A DNA stretch of 64,000 nucleotides. Source: an uncultured Solirubrobacteraceae bacterium. Its GTDB lineage: Bacteria; Actinomycetota; Thermoleophilia; Solirubrobacterales; Solirubrobacteraceae. Below, one piece after another: positions 1 to 10,478 of this stretch (within the stretch, counting starts at the first letter, position 1; every line of letters starts with the position of its first letter). Below the pieces are notes generated by a model. It saw nothing but the letters and a program-made list of their open reading frames with translations. It did no database searches and was not told the DNA's origin. The stretch spans positions 359,707 to 423,706 of the forward strand of contig CAVSSG010000002.1 of assembly GCA_963730575.1 (NCBI GenBank), written 5' to 3'. The position numbers and the translations under genes were made by a program.

Positions 1-2
1 CT

Positions 3-293
3 AGACCGGCACGGGAAGCGCGGCAGGCAGAAGCGCGAGAAGCAGCACAACCGCTTCCCTGGCGTGCCCACGCGGCTGACGGGAGCGTCATCGGCGTCTT
101 CGACGACAAGGAAGAAGCCGAAATCTGCGCTGCGCAAGCCCAGCCCTGGACACGGGCAGCAGCGGAGTTGCGCATCCGTCGCGGAGAAAGCGATCCGTAT
201 GCCTATCCAGGTGGCTCGGTGCATCGGCAGATGAGAATGCCACCGCAGCCGCCCCAGGTCATCCTGCCTCCTGGAGTCTCCGCAACTCGCTAG
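3..293 (+). CDS. Partial hypothetical protein (5' end outside window)
   Basis: Frame open from window start to TAG at 291-293; no recognisable motif. Confidence 0.35.
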   Translation, partial: RPAREARQAEAREAAQPLPWRAHAADGSVIGVFDDKEEAEICAAQAQPWTRAAAELRIRRGESDPYAYPGGSVHRQMRMPPQPPQVILPPGVSATR

Positions 294-312
294 TGCGCGC
301 GATACTGCATCG

Positions 313-729
313 ATGGCATCGGAGAATCTGACTCTCGTGCGCTCGATCTACGCGGCATGGGAACGCGGCGACTACAGATCGGTGGACTGGGCGAACCCCG
401 AGATGGAGTACAAGCTCGCCGATGGTCCCTCCCCCGGTACATGGACGGGCATCAAAGGGATGACGGAGGGCTTCCGCGAGGTCCTGACTGCCTGGGAGGA
501 TTGGGGCGTGGTCGCGGACGACTACCTCGACCTATCAGGGGATCGTGTCCTCGTGAGCTTCCATTGCACCGGACGCGGCAAAGCCAGCGGCGTGGACCTC
601 GCGCAACTGCACGTACGCGGGGCAACCCTGTTCGAAGTCGGCGACGGCAAGATCACCAGAATCGTCCAGTACTTCGACAGAGATCACGCTCTTGCCGACC
701 TCGGCCTCACACCGGACACCTGCACCTGA
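313..729 (+). CDS. SnoaL-like / NTF2-family protein
   Basis: MASENLTLVRSIYAAWERGD...GKITRIVQYFDRDHALADLGL is typical of SnoaL_2 proteins; paralogous to 39982..40395. Confidence 0.85.
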   Translation: MASENLTLVRSIYAAWERGDYRSVDWANPEMEYKLADGPSPGTWTGIKGMTEGFREVLTAWEDWGVVADDYLDLSGDRVLVSFHCTGRGKASGVDLAQLHVRGATLFEVGDGKITRIVQYFDRDHALADLGLTPDTCT

Positions 730-732
730 CCG

Positions 733-1299
733 CTACTCAGACAGGCCCGCCGCCCGCAACGCCCCGCCGTGATCGTGTAGGGCGTCGAGGGCTTCCTGCC
801 ATGTCCAGTAAAGGTCTTGTCGCGCGACCAGACCGCGCCGCGAGAAGTAGTAGATGGTGCCGGTCATCTGAGTAGTGATAGCGCCGCTGGTTTGACCGCG
901 CCCGACGAGCGTGCCGCGCAGGGCGACGCGATCTCCGAGGTCGATGATCTGTTCAGGCTGGAAGCTAACGTCGTCCATATCCTGCTGCGTGTCGCGCCAG
1001 AGGTCGATGAACCCCTGGTGACCGTCGTAGCGTTCGGGCAGACCGAGAGCGCGAGCGAACTCCCCCGGTGCGCGTATCTCAACGTCCGGCTCGTAGAAGA
1101 GCAAGCCGACCGCGTAATCCTCTCGACTTCCGGCCTCAAAGCCGCGCGCGAGGGCGCGCTTTAGCGTGCGCCGCCGCACCTGCGATCCAGGCGGCAGACG
1201 CGCAAAGCCTCTCGGCAGGAGCCGCACGAGCGGGGTCGGCAGCCGCAACATGACCCGCTCTTCGATGGAGCGGCCCGCCACCACGTCCCCCTCAGCCAC
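733..1299 (-). CDS. SnoaL-like / NTF2-family protein
   Basis: FYEPDVEI...YDGHQGFIDLW...EQIIDLGDRV pattern; GTG start at 1299 overlaps the stop of the upstream gene. Confidence 0.75.
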   Translation of the reverse strand: MAEGDVVAGRSIEERVMLRLPTPLVRLLPRGFARLPPGSQVRRRTLKRALARGFEAGSREDYAVGLLFYEPDVEIRAPGEFARALGLPERYDGHQGFIDLWRDTQQDMDDVSFQPEQIIDLGDRVALRGTLVGRGQTSGAITTQMTGTIYYFSRRGLVARQDLYWTWQEALDALHDHGGALRAAGLSE

Positions 1300-1726
1300 C
1301 GTCCCGTTCCTCGGCGAGGCGTTCGGCGGCAGCACGGGCCTCGGTGGCATCGAAGTAGGGTTCGACGTGCTCGATCTTGCCCCCCGTCCCCAGAAGGACC
1401 CAGCCCCTGAACTGTTCGACCTGGCCAGCACTAGCGACCGGACGACCGACTTCCCGGACGCGAGCAAACGCGACCCCCTGGCTGAGCGCAGCGATCTCTA
1501 GTACCTCGGTCTGGTGATCTTCGAATGTCTCCCACCACTCCGCAATGAAACTTCGTATCGCTGCCACGCCCTCAAAGCTGATCCCAAGCCCCGCATGACT
1601 CGCATCGTACACCGCGTCAGGTGCATATAAGCCCATAAGCCCGTCAAGATCGTGGCAACTCGCGGCGTCGAACATGCTCCGCGTAAGCTCCACCAGGTCG
1701 GGGGTCGTGGACTCCTCCTCGGACAT
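1292..1726 (-). CDS. SnoaL-like / NTF2-family protein
   Basis: MSEEESTTPDLVELTR...DLDGLMGLYAPDAVYD...EARAAAERLAEER; start trimmed to ATG at 1726. Confidence 0.8.
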   Translation of the reverse strand: MSEEESTTPDLVELTRSMFDAASCHDLDGLMGLYAPDAVYDASHAGLGISFEGVAAIRSFIAEWWETFEDHQTEVLEIAALSQGVAFARVREVGRPVASAGQVEQFRGWVLLGTGGKIEHVEPYFDATEARAAAERLAEERDGG

Positions 1727-1914
1727 CACGTTGGCAGTATTCCGCAGACGACGTGTGGCGCACCCGAGGCGAGCCAAGACGCCGCCTGCACTCGCATATT
1801 GCCCTCGCTGCGCCTGCATTTCATAGAGCCGCTTTGCGCTGAGTGCCTCCGAGTGCTTCACTTCTCTCATGGGCGGCGCGTGGTCCGCCCGCTTGGAGGC
1901 ACGGAGGGCGAGCG

Positions 1915-2835
1915 ATGACGTGCAAGGCCCTACGGGGTATCGGGGGAGCAGCCTGTATTGCGATGAGCCTGCTCGCGGTGACGGCGAGCGGATCGATGGC
2001 TTCGGGGGTCAAGCTCTGCGTGTCCTCACATGAAGGCTGGCCTGCGATCAGCCCCATCAGGGGTGCCTGCCCAAGCGGCTACACCCTGACGGAACTTGGG
2101 GGCGCTCAAGGCCCGACAGGCCCGAGCGGGCCGACAGGCAAAGAAGGAGCCAAAGGCGTGACCGGGGCTACCGGCCCGACCGGCGCAACGGGAGCCACGG
2201 GAAGCAACGGAGGCAACGGCGCAACGGGAGCCACCGGACCGCAGGGCGTGACCGGAGCGACCGGAGCCACCGGACCGCAGGGGGTAGCGGGAGCAACCGG
2301 ACCCCAGGGTCCCGAAGGCAAGACAGGCCCGACCGGACCACAGGGTACGACCGGCGCGACCCGAGAAGGACCGGCAGGCCCAACAGGACCCGAAGGACTT
2401 CAAGGTCCGGCAGGTCCCGCAGGTGCTTCGGGGTCGAGCGTGGTGGCTCGGGTTAGCGCCGGGCCGACTGCTGTTGGCCACTACCCGGCATACATCCCGG
2501 TTTCGCTCGTGGGCGGCACATGGACTCAGCACGCCGAAGAACTTAGTGTCCTCACGGGGCAGGCGACGTTCACGTCGCCTGCGGGGTCTCCTGGCTGCGG
2601 CGTAGAAATCCAACTGCTTATCGACGGGCAAATGGCGGGAGCCGCCTCTACCATCGTGGCAGGCGCTTCGACGGCAACGCTGGACATTCACTGGGAAGGC
2701 GGAACCGGAGCAAAGACGGAATGGCTCTTCGAGCCTGCGGTAGACACGGTTCACACCCTTACGGCTCGTGCAACCAGGAGTTGCGAAAATAACGTCGAAG
2801 TGAGCGTCTCCGTCGACGTAATCGGCATCCACTAG
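1915..2835 (+). CDS. Secreted collagen-like protein
   Basis: Signal-peptide-like N-terminus, about 37 Gly-X-Y triplets (29 + 8 with one interruption), beta-rich C-terminal domain. Confidence 0.85.
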   Translation: MTCKALRGIGGAACIAMSLLAVTASGSMASGVKLCVSSHEGWPAISPIRGACPSGYTLTELGGAQGPTGPSGPTGKEGAKGVTGATGPTGATGATGSNGGNGATGATGPQGVTGATGATGPQGVAGATGPQGPEGKTGPTGPQGTTGATREGPAGPTGPEGLQGPAGPAGASGSSVVARVSAGPTAVGHYPAYIPVSLVGGTWTQHAEELSVLTGQATFTSPAGSPGCGVEIQLLIDGQMAGAASTIVAGASTATLDIHWEGGTGAKTEWLFEPAVDTVHTLTARATRSCENNVEVSVSVDVIGIH

Positions 2836-3082
2836 AAGCCTCAGCGTGGTGGCCTGTGCCTCACAGCACGGGCCACCAGTCGTACGCCCCTCAGTCTAAC
2901 GCCTGGTCTAGTCTCGCCGACCCCGGCACGAGTCGCAATAGACGACCCAATCGTCGCTGTGGAGCCAAACTTGACGCTTCATCCAGCGCGGAGTTTGTAA
3001 AGGGACCAACCCCCGATTACAACGAAACGTGAGCGCAGCCTGAGGGCGTATCCTTCGTCGCACGCCTTGGGGGCAGACAAAT

Positions 3083-3694
3083 ATGCGTCTACGTAGGTCA
3101 TCGCGAACCACCGTCATCGCCAGCCTCGTGCTCGTCGTGCTCGTGCCAGTAGCCTGCGCGCCCGGTTTGGCCCAGGCGGAAGAGAGGACCAGCGTGTCGA
3201 TCTACCAAGCGTTCACGCCAAACGGGTACGCCAAGCTGCACACGCGGACAAGGGCTGGCTACTGCTGGGTGGGGTCGCTTACAATCGCTCGGCGGGACGC
3301 ATGGCGGTGTTTCGTCGGTAACTACATCTACGACCCCTGCTTCAGCGCCGCACGCGACCCCGGCATCGTCGTGTGCCCCGACGCGCCATGGCGCATGACC
3401 GGTGTCAAGATACGGCTGACCAAGCCTTTGCCCCGCGCCTATGGCAACCACGGCGCTCCGTCGCTGCGCTTGAAACCTTGGGCAATTGAACTCTATGACG
3501 GTCGGCGCTGTCTGTTTGCTAGCGGCGCGTCCTCAGTGGTGGAAGGCCAGAGGCTCAACTACTTCTGTGGCACCGGTAAGGAAGGTCTGTGGGGATTCCC
3601 ATACCGTGGCAGCGAGCCTTGGACGATCCTCACAGCACCAATCGAGGCAACGGAACTGAGCGAACGCGCGACTGTGCGTCACGCCTGGACGTAG
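3083..3694 (+). CDS. Secreted Cys-rich hypothetical protein
   Basis: Signal peptide; motif AWRCFVGNYIYDPCF seen in actinobacterial secreted hypotheticals. Confidence 0.7.
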   Translation: MRLRRSSRTTVIASLVLVVLVPVACAPGLAQAEERTSVSIYQAFTPNGYAKLHTRTRAGYCWVGSLTIARRDAWRCFVGNYIYDPCFSAARDPGIVVCPDAPWRMTGVKIRLTKPLPRAYGNHGAPSLRLKPWAIELYDGRRCLFASGASSVVEGQRLNYFCGTGKEGLWGFPYRGSEPWTILTAPIEATELSERATVRHAWT

Positions 3695-3887
3695 ATCAAG
3701 GGCGCTCCTGTATGGCGGCGGATGACGATGCCCGCCGTACACAACCCCTCCCTTGTGGTCACGGACTCACGCTTGCCGGACGCGGAAATCCGCTTTAGAA
3801 GACGGATCGCCAAGGAACGGTTCTGTACAGGGCAAGCGAAGCGAAGTGCGTGAGAGGTGGGTGCGGAGTTGCTACCTGGCGTGTTCG

Positions 3888-6251
3888 CTACGGCGCATCG
3901 GGCGCGGCGATTGCGGTTGCGAGTTCCTGGACTAGCTGCTCAAGAGCGGGGTCGCGGGTGTCGTCGGTGGGCGATCCGTCGAAATGGTAGGAGATGTAGC
4001 GGAACCGACCGCCTCGTTCGCGACCGTTTGCGAAGAAGCAGGCGCTCTTCTCGGACTCTGGCGACGCCATCATGCGGAACAGTGGCGCAAGCTCCAGCGC
4101 ATCAGAGACAGGCTCAGCGTCTTCAAGGAGGTACAGCGACCGCGCCTTGAGGTGCCTCAGGCTCGCCAGCGGGCGCTTGCGGAAGTTTGGGTTGTGGCCC
4201 GTCATCCGTCGAGCGTTGGCATAGAGATTGATCTCGCCGTCGAACTCTCCCGGACCTGGCTCTACGAGGACCGTCGAAGCGAAGGTTCGCTCGGTCGTCT
4301 CGCGCAATTCCGCGAGTAACCTCTCCAGGGTCTCTAGGAGGGCGCGCTTCGCTTGAACGCCCACGGCTCGGTTGTGCGCGAGGTCCTTGCGGGCGTCATT
4401 GGCCTGCTCAAGCACGCCCCACAGGCGCTTATCGCATACGGTCTCAGCGAAACGCGCGTCCGCGATGGCAAACAGCGCGATTCGGGCCTGCTCTCCTGCG
4501 GGTGCGGGCGGATCAGCCGCGTTGTCGGTTGCAACAGCATCCTGTAGCTGGATGCGCACCCACTTGGCAAGCTTGAAGCCGAGCTTGATCCAGCTTCCGA
4601 AGGTGGCTTCCTCAAGAGGGTGGAGGCCGCGTGGGCCTGGTTCGGCGATCTCCTTCAGCTTGGTCTTCCACAGTGACTCGTCGCGACGAGTGGCAGCGAG
4701 CAGAACCGCTACGCCGAACTCCGCGAACGCCTCGAAGAATTGCAAGAGTCGCTCGACCTTGGCCTCGGGCGACGAGTCCGCGATGTAGCGGTCGAGGATT
4801 GATGCGAGCGGAAACGGCAAGCGGTTCACCCACGCCTCTAACGGGTGCTCCCAGTAAGCATCGAGTCGCTCTTCGAGAAACTTGGCGGCGACCGGATTCG
4901 CTGCCAACTCACTCTCGAATGCCTCGACCTCCGCCTGCAATGCATGGAGTCGTTCGTGCAACCCGATGGCACTCCGCTGCTTCGATAAGGGCGGAAGTGG
5001 TACAGAAAGAGTACCTACCGCCTGGAGGCTGAGACGTGGAATCGTCACACCGCTGGATACGGCCTCGCGCGCGATCTTGCCGGTGTTGCTGTTGAGCCAC
5101 CACGCCACGTAGTCGGCCCGTGCAAGCTTCTCGTCTAGCGCGATCTCATACGCTTTACCCGTCGAGGCTGCATTCTTTGGAGGGGCGGGTGGCTCTAGGC
5201 CAACCACTCCGCGTACCTCACGCACGTAGATCGCGTTGTCTCGCGCACTACGCTGGTCTCCGACTTTGGTCGGTGGCAATGCCACGATCTCCGTCGAGAT
5301 GTCAGCCAAGCGTCTGAGCGGAGTTCGCGACGCGCGCAGCCGTTGCCGTAATTCGTGCTGAGCAGCGAACGCGCCCCACCCCTGGTAATCGGACTCAGCG
5401 ACGAGCGCGCCGGTCTCGATGACCCTGCCTGGCCGACGTGCGAGGAGGTTGCGGACTAGTGGACCAGCTTCACCCCCTGGCGCGATATGCGCAACAAAAA
5501 CCGCGTCCTGTTCCTTACGGTCGAACACGATTAGGTTGGTCCTGATCAGCGCCATAGGAGCCAACCCTTGAGCGACCGTGATCGCTGCGTTGAGGTGAAT
5601 GCCCTCTCGTCTGAGGTGCTCGCGTAGCTGGGCCGCCTGCTTGGCATGAAAGAACATGTCGCTGTGAAGAAAGACCGCCTGGCCGTCATCGCCGATTTTC
5701 TTTGCTGCCTCTGCCATGACCCAATAGGCGAGATCGCGGCGATACACGCCTGGCTCAAGAGCGCCTGGCAGGTCGCGGCGTGGCGCAAGGCCGATTGGGG
5801 GTGATGTCGCTACAAGATCGAACGGACCCTCGACCTCTGCCAACGTATCCTCTGGCCTTCCTCCGAGCCACTCGATAGAGCGGCTCGGGCCGGTCGGCAG
5901 CAGATCGGCAAGGTGCTCATTCGGTACCAGCCCGACCGCACGCTTGACGGAGGGAGCTTGTGACGCTTCACCGAGCACGGCTGGGGCGACAACGAAGGGG
6001 TCAAGGACCGACGACGGTGACCACGCATCCGCTAGGGCTCGTACCAGATCGAGAAGATGCCCGGGCCGGGTGATCTCTGAGTGGCGCGGCATCCCAAGCA
6101 GCTTGTTCACATCGCTCCAAGTCAGGCCGCGTTGCGCCTGGATCACCTGCCAAACCAAATCGAGCGTCATCTCTCGATCTCGCATGCTTGCCAGTTCTTG
6201 CCAGGCTTTGGCGTAGGCGGTGTCGCCGATGCCGGTCTCGCGAGTGGCCAT
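3888..6251 (-). CDS. Type I R-M-associated fusion: degenerate N6-MTase fold + HsdS-like TRD + coiled coil + putative HEPN domain
   Basis: VLDPFVVAPAVL and FDLVATSPPIG align with MTase motifs I and IV; DYVAWWLNS...GVTIPRLS...VPLPPLSKQ is an HsdS TRD/conserved-region signature; RKDLAH (RxxxxH) at 4374-4391; start lies 2 bp after the hsdR stop. Confidence 0.75.
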   Translation of the reverse strand: MATRETGIGDTAYAKAWQELASMRDREMTLDLVWQVIQAQRGLTWSDVNKLLGMPRHSEITRPGHLLDLVRALADAWSPSSVLDPFVVAPAVLGEASQAPSVKRAVGLVPNEHLADLLPTGPSRSIEWLGGRPEDTLAEVEGPFDLVATSPPIGLAPRRDLPGALEPGVYRRDLAYWVMAEAAKKIGDDGQAVFLHSDMFFHAKQAAQLREHLRREGIHLNAAITVAQGLAPMALIRTNLIVFDRKEQDAVFVAHIAPGGEAGPLVRNLLARRPGRVIETGALVAESDYQGWGAFAAQHELRQRLRASRTPLRRLADISTEIVALPPTKVGDQRSARDNAIYVREVRGVVGLEPPAPPKNAASTGKAYEIALDEKLARADYVAWWLNSNTGKIAREAVSSGVTIPRLSLQAVGTLSVPLPPLSKQRSAIGLHERLHALQAEVEAFESELAANPVAAKFLEERLDAYWEHPLEAWVNRLPFPLASILDRYIADSSPEAKVERLLQFFEAFAEFGVAVLLAATRRDESLWKTKLKEIAEPGPRGLHPLEEATFGSWIKLGFKLAKWVRIQLQDAVATDNAADPPAPAGEQARIALFAIADARFAETVCDKRLWGVLEQANDARKDLAHNRAVGVQAKRALLETLERLLAELRETTERTFASTVLVEPGPGEFDGEINLYANARRMTGHNPNFRKRPLASLRHLKARSLYLLEDAEPVSDALELAPLFRMMASPESEKSACFFANGRERGGRFRYISYHFDGSPTDDTRDPALEQLVQELATAIAAPDAP

Positions 6252-6253
6252 GG

Positions 6254-9231
6254 TCAGATCGCGCCGCGTGCTCTTTGATAGACGCGGCTGGCGTAGAGGC
6301 CCTTCAGCGCTTCCCGTAGCTCTGTCTCATCAAGAACCCGCTTGACGATTGCCTCGTTGTCGTCCATGCGGCTGATGATCGTGCTCATGAAGCGATCATC
6401 GAAGGCGAGGCGGAAGTTCTCAAGAGTGTTAGCTCGCGCCTGGTCGATGACCGTTGGGATCGGCCATCCAAGTCTGCTCGAACTGGTCGAAGAGCAGCTT
6501 GTCGCGCTCGTCAAGGTTTAGGCCGAATCGCTCGTTGAGTTGTTCGATGATGTCCGAGAGCGGTTCTAGGGGCGGCTCGGCCTGCTTGCCAGCGCCCTCT
6601 CCGTAGATTGTGATGACCTCGCCTGTCTCCGCGTCGAGCGAGAGGGAACCTTCGGAGGTGACCTCGTTACGAAGGTGCGTGAGTTCGACCTCTTCTCCGA
6701 GATCGAGGCGTTCGACGGTTGCTGCATCACGCAGCTTGGACGCCAGCGCTCGGCAGTACGTGTAGTCGCGCTCAAGCGTCGAGTCTTGGAACGAGACTAC
6801 CTGGGAGAGGAACGAGTAGATACGCACGAACTTGTCTACGCCTTCCTTGAATTCAAGCCGCTGCTCCTCCTCCAAGAGCCCGAAACCTCTCAACCGCTGG
6901 GTCGAGTAGGGCGTAGACCTTCCCGTGATCCTTTGGACGCTCGATCTTCAGCAGCAAGGCGACCGTAGCCTCGATCTCCTCTGGCCGCAGGACATCGAAA
7001 TCGTCTAGGCGACGGCGAGTGTCGAACAGCAGGTTCGGATCACTCGGGGGAGCGACGGTTCTCCCGTAATACGGCTCGAACGCGTCAACGATGTCCTCGG
7101 CCTCGTTGCGGAAGTCAAGGACGAACGTGTCCTCCTTTTCCCGATGCCAGCGGTTGAGCCTTGAGAGCGTCTGGACCGCGCTCAGGCCGGTCAGAATCTT
7201 GTCCACGTACATCGTGTGGAGCAAAGGCTGGTCGAAACCCGTCTGGAACTTCTCAGCGACGATCAGTACCTGGTAGGCGTCTTCAGCGAAGCGGTCAGCC
7301 GTTTCCGACATGGGAAAAGCATTCATCTGTGCCTCGGTGTAGGTCAGGGCCTTCTCGTCAATGACCGTGCCCGAGAACGCCACTAGCGTGGTCAGGTCCT
7401 CGTAGCCCTTGCTCTTGATGTAGCGGTCGAGCGCCTGCTTGTAGCGCACAGCGTGAAGGCGAGAGGAAGTGACGACCATCGCTTTCGCCCGCCCGCCAAT
7501 CTTGGGAGCCGTGTGGGTGCGGAAGTGCTCGATGATGACCTCGGCCTTCTGGGCGAGGTTCGTCGGGTGCAGCGACACGAAACGGGCTATCGCACGTCGT
7601 GCCTTCGGTCCCTCGTAGGTCGGGTCCTCGGCGACCTTCTTCTCGATCCGCCAGTAGGTCTTGTAGGTGGTGTAGTTGGCCAGCACGTCGAGGATGAAGT
7701 GCTCCTCGATGGCCTGCCGCATCGAATACAGGTGGAACGGCTCGTAGACGCCCTTGTCCGGGTTGAGACTGCCGAACATCTCAAGCGTGCGAGCCTTCGG
7801 CGTCGCCGTGAATGCGAAGAACGAGAGGTTCGGCTGTTTGCCACGGGCACGGACCTCTTTCGCGACGGCCTCCTCAACCGGATCGGTTGCCGCAGCGATG
7901 AAGCCCGCGTCCTCCGCCTCAGCCGCCGTTAGCTCCTGCTCCTCGGTCGCTCCGAGGACAAGGCGCAACTCCTTCGCCGCCTCTCCGGTCTGGGAAGAGT
8001 GCGCCTCGTCCACGATCACGGCATAGCGCCGGTCAGGAAGCAAGCCAACCTTGTCGAGCACGAACGGGAACTTCTGCAAGGTCGTGATGATGATGCGGGC
8101 CTGCTCTCCGGCGAGGGCGTTCGCAAGCTGGGACGAGTCCTCATCGATCCTCTCGACCACTCCCCGAGCGTGCTCGAACTGGTAGATCGTGTCCTGAAGC
8201 TGTTTGTCCAGGATCACCCGATCTGTGATCACGACCACCTTGTCGAACACCTTCGAGTCGCTGGCGTCGTGCAGCGAGGAGAACCTGTGAGCAGCCCAAG
8301 CAATCGTGTTGGACTTCCCGGAGCCAGCAGAGTGCTCGATCAGGTAGTTCGACCCAGCGCCGTGCGTCTTGGCGTGGGCCTCTAGCTTCAGCACCGCATC
8401 CCATTGATGGAAGCGCGGGAAGATGACCTTCTCGGCTGCACGGCGAGCAGCCGGAGAGCCTTTCGAAGGCCGCTCAACGTGGATGAACCGGGCAAGGATG
8501 TCCATCCAAGAGTCACGGGTCCAGACACGCTCCCAGAGGTAGGAGGTCCGATGGCCATCGGGGTTCGGTGGGTTGCCTGCTCCGCCATCATGGCCGAGGT
8601 TGAATGGCAGGAACTGCGTAGCCTGGCCTGCGAGCTTGGTGGTCATTGCCACGCGATCCGGATCAACTGCGAAGTGGACGAGAGCACGGCGAGCGAGACT
8701 GACGTTCTTCGGGTCCCGGTCGGTGCGGTACTGCCTTATGGCGTGCTCGACCGTCTGGTCCGTCAACTGATTCTTTAGCTCCGCAGTAGCAGTAGGAATG
8801 CCGTTGACCAGGAGGGCTAGATCGATTGTCCTGCCGGAGTCGGCGTCGTAGGGGAACTGGCGGGTGACGCTCACTCGATTGGCCTCGTACAGCTTCTGAA
8901 GCTCTGGCGTCAGGCCGTGGGCGGGCTTGAAGTACGCCAGATGGATCGTGACCCCCAAATCCACGACCCCGCGCCTGAGCACATCAACAGTGCCTCGGTT
9001 ATCAAGCTCGCTTGCTAGCCGCTTCGCGAAACGTGCCCGAGCTTCCTGCCCATGACGACCGGCGAGATCGGCCCAGTCCTTCGCCTGTGTAGCCTCAATG
9101 AACGCGAACAACTCGTCTAGGTCCAGCCCGAGGGTCGCGTCGAAGTTCGACGGCAGGGACTTGAGATAGCCGTGCTGGGTGAGCAAAGACTCCTCGATGG
9201 CATCCTCGAAAAGCTTCTCGTCAACGCTCAT
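6254..9231 (-). CDS. hsdR: Type I restriction enzyme subunit R (two apparent frameshifts near 6873 and 6456)
   Basis: IDLALLVNGIP.ATAELK nuclease motif, HSAGSGKS Walker A, IVDEAH, FTATP, FQTGFDQP, QTLSRLNR; C-terminus continues in ORFs 6429..6893 and 6254..6514. Confidence 0.92.
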
Positions 9232-10478
9232 GCCACTACTCCGGGGATCTGTAGCTCGCCCGTCACGGCGGCGGTGATGAGCGCTTGGCGATGCTCTTGG
9301 AGACGAACTCGCCCCTCTTCGTGCAGGCGAGACAACTCATGCGTTGATCTCTGGACTCGGTTGAACCGCGCAGCGAGTCTTACTTGAATAGGCACTGGAG
9401 GCAGTGGGATCGTCTGTGCGAGAAGATCAGGAAGTAGCAGGTTCTTCAGCGTCGTTGCGGCATTCGTTTCATTGAGATACAACAGAATCAACGGGAGCAA
9501 CGTCCTCAGGAAGCCAACGCTCAGTCGATCTCGCGGTAAGACGCGGCAGACGCGTTGATTGAGGGCCGCACGCCCGCCTTCCCAAGTACCGCAAGCGAAC
9601 TCCCCGGTAAGGCCGACGATCAGATCGCCAGTATTGACGTATGCGCTGTCGGGAACGTTTGTCGCTACATAGGTGTCCGTGTAACCCCTTACCACGTCAC
9701 CGATTCTAATGAGCGGAGTGCCCGCCGAATCGTGCGAAATATCATCCGAGTTGAACGCATACCCGTTACTAACGTGTACGACATCCCTTAGACGGACGAC
9801 CGGCCAGGTCCTCGGCACCTGCCCCGCCCACCATGCGAGTGAGACAAGCTGAGTGTCGTTCTCCCCGTCTATCGCCGTCCCAGAGAATGTCTCTTCCGCA
9901 CGCACTCGAAAGAGTCGTTCCTCCAGCAACTCGACCATCCGCTGCTTCTTCTCGATGAGCGCATCAATACGAGCGGTTTCGGTGTCCAGAAAGTCGGCGA
10001 TGACAGATTGTGTCGCAAGCGGTGGCAGCGCAAGCGGCACGGTCTTCAGATCATCCCACGCGATGTCATTCTGATTCGGCGGCATCCACTTTGATATGCG
10101 CCTAAGCTCCTGTGCCCATGGTGCGGCGTGCAGAAGGTAGTCGGCGTACCTACTATCCACCATGTCTCGTCGTGGGCGGCAAACAAAATAGGCAGGGCTG
10201 ACGATCCCAGAGAATTGCGATACTCCAAGTGCGCCTTGCCAAGTGCGGAGTTTGTTGAAAACGAGATCGCCTGGCTGCACAACCAAGTATGACGAGAGAT
10301 CGTCGCTGAGTGCCTTATAGGAGTAATCGCGGCTCGCTCTGGGTAGTACACCCTGGCCCGTAAATACGGACAGCGGTTCAAGAGCCTTGCCACCGGCCTT
10401 CTTTGATCGGTCGAACGCAACATCCAGCCGAACACTCGTCCACTCGGGCGGCAATACGGCTCCTGGCGGAGAAGTCAC
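9228..10478 (-). CDS. hsdS: Type I restriction specificity subunit S
   Basis: Two TRDs each followed by LPPL/LPPV..Q conserved regions; ends ALITAAVTGEL; overlaps hsdM and hsdR by 4 bp. Confidence 0.93.
   Translation of the reverse strand: MTSPPGAVLPPEWTSVRLDVAFDRSKKAGGKALEPLSVFTGQGVLPRASRDYSYKALSDDLSSYLVVQPGDLVFNKLRTWQGALGVSQFSGIVSPAYFVCRPRRDMVDSRYADYLLHAAPWAQELRRISKWMPPNQNDIAWDDLKTVPLALPPLATQSVIADFLDTETARIDALIEKKQRMVELLEERLFRVRAEETFSGTAIDGENDTQLVSLAWWAGQVPRTWPVVRLRDVVHVSNGYAFNSDDISHDSAGTPLIRIGDVVRGYTDTYVATNVPDSAYVNTGDLIVGLTGEFACGTWEGGRAALNQRVCRVLPRDRLSVGFLRTLLPLILLYLNETNAATTLKNLLLPDLLAQTIPLPPVPIQVRLAARFNRVQRSTHELSRLHEEGRVRLQEHRQALITAAVTGELQIPGVVA

Noticed and set aside
6254-6900. Programmed frameshift or true pseudogenisation of hsdR
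   Set aside because: No slippery site is evident and similar indels hit many housekeeping genes; probably assembly error.
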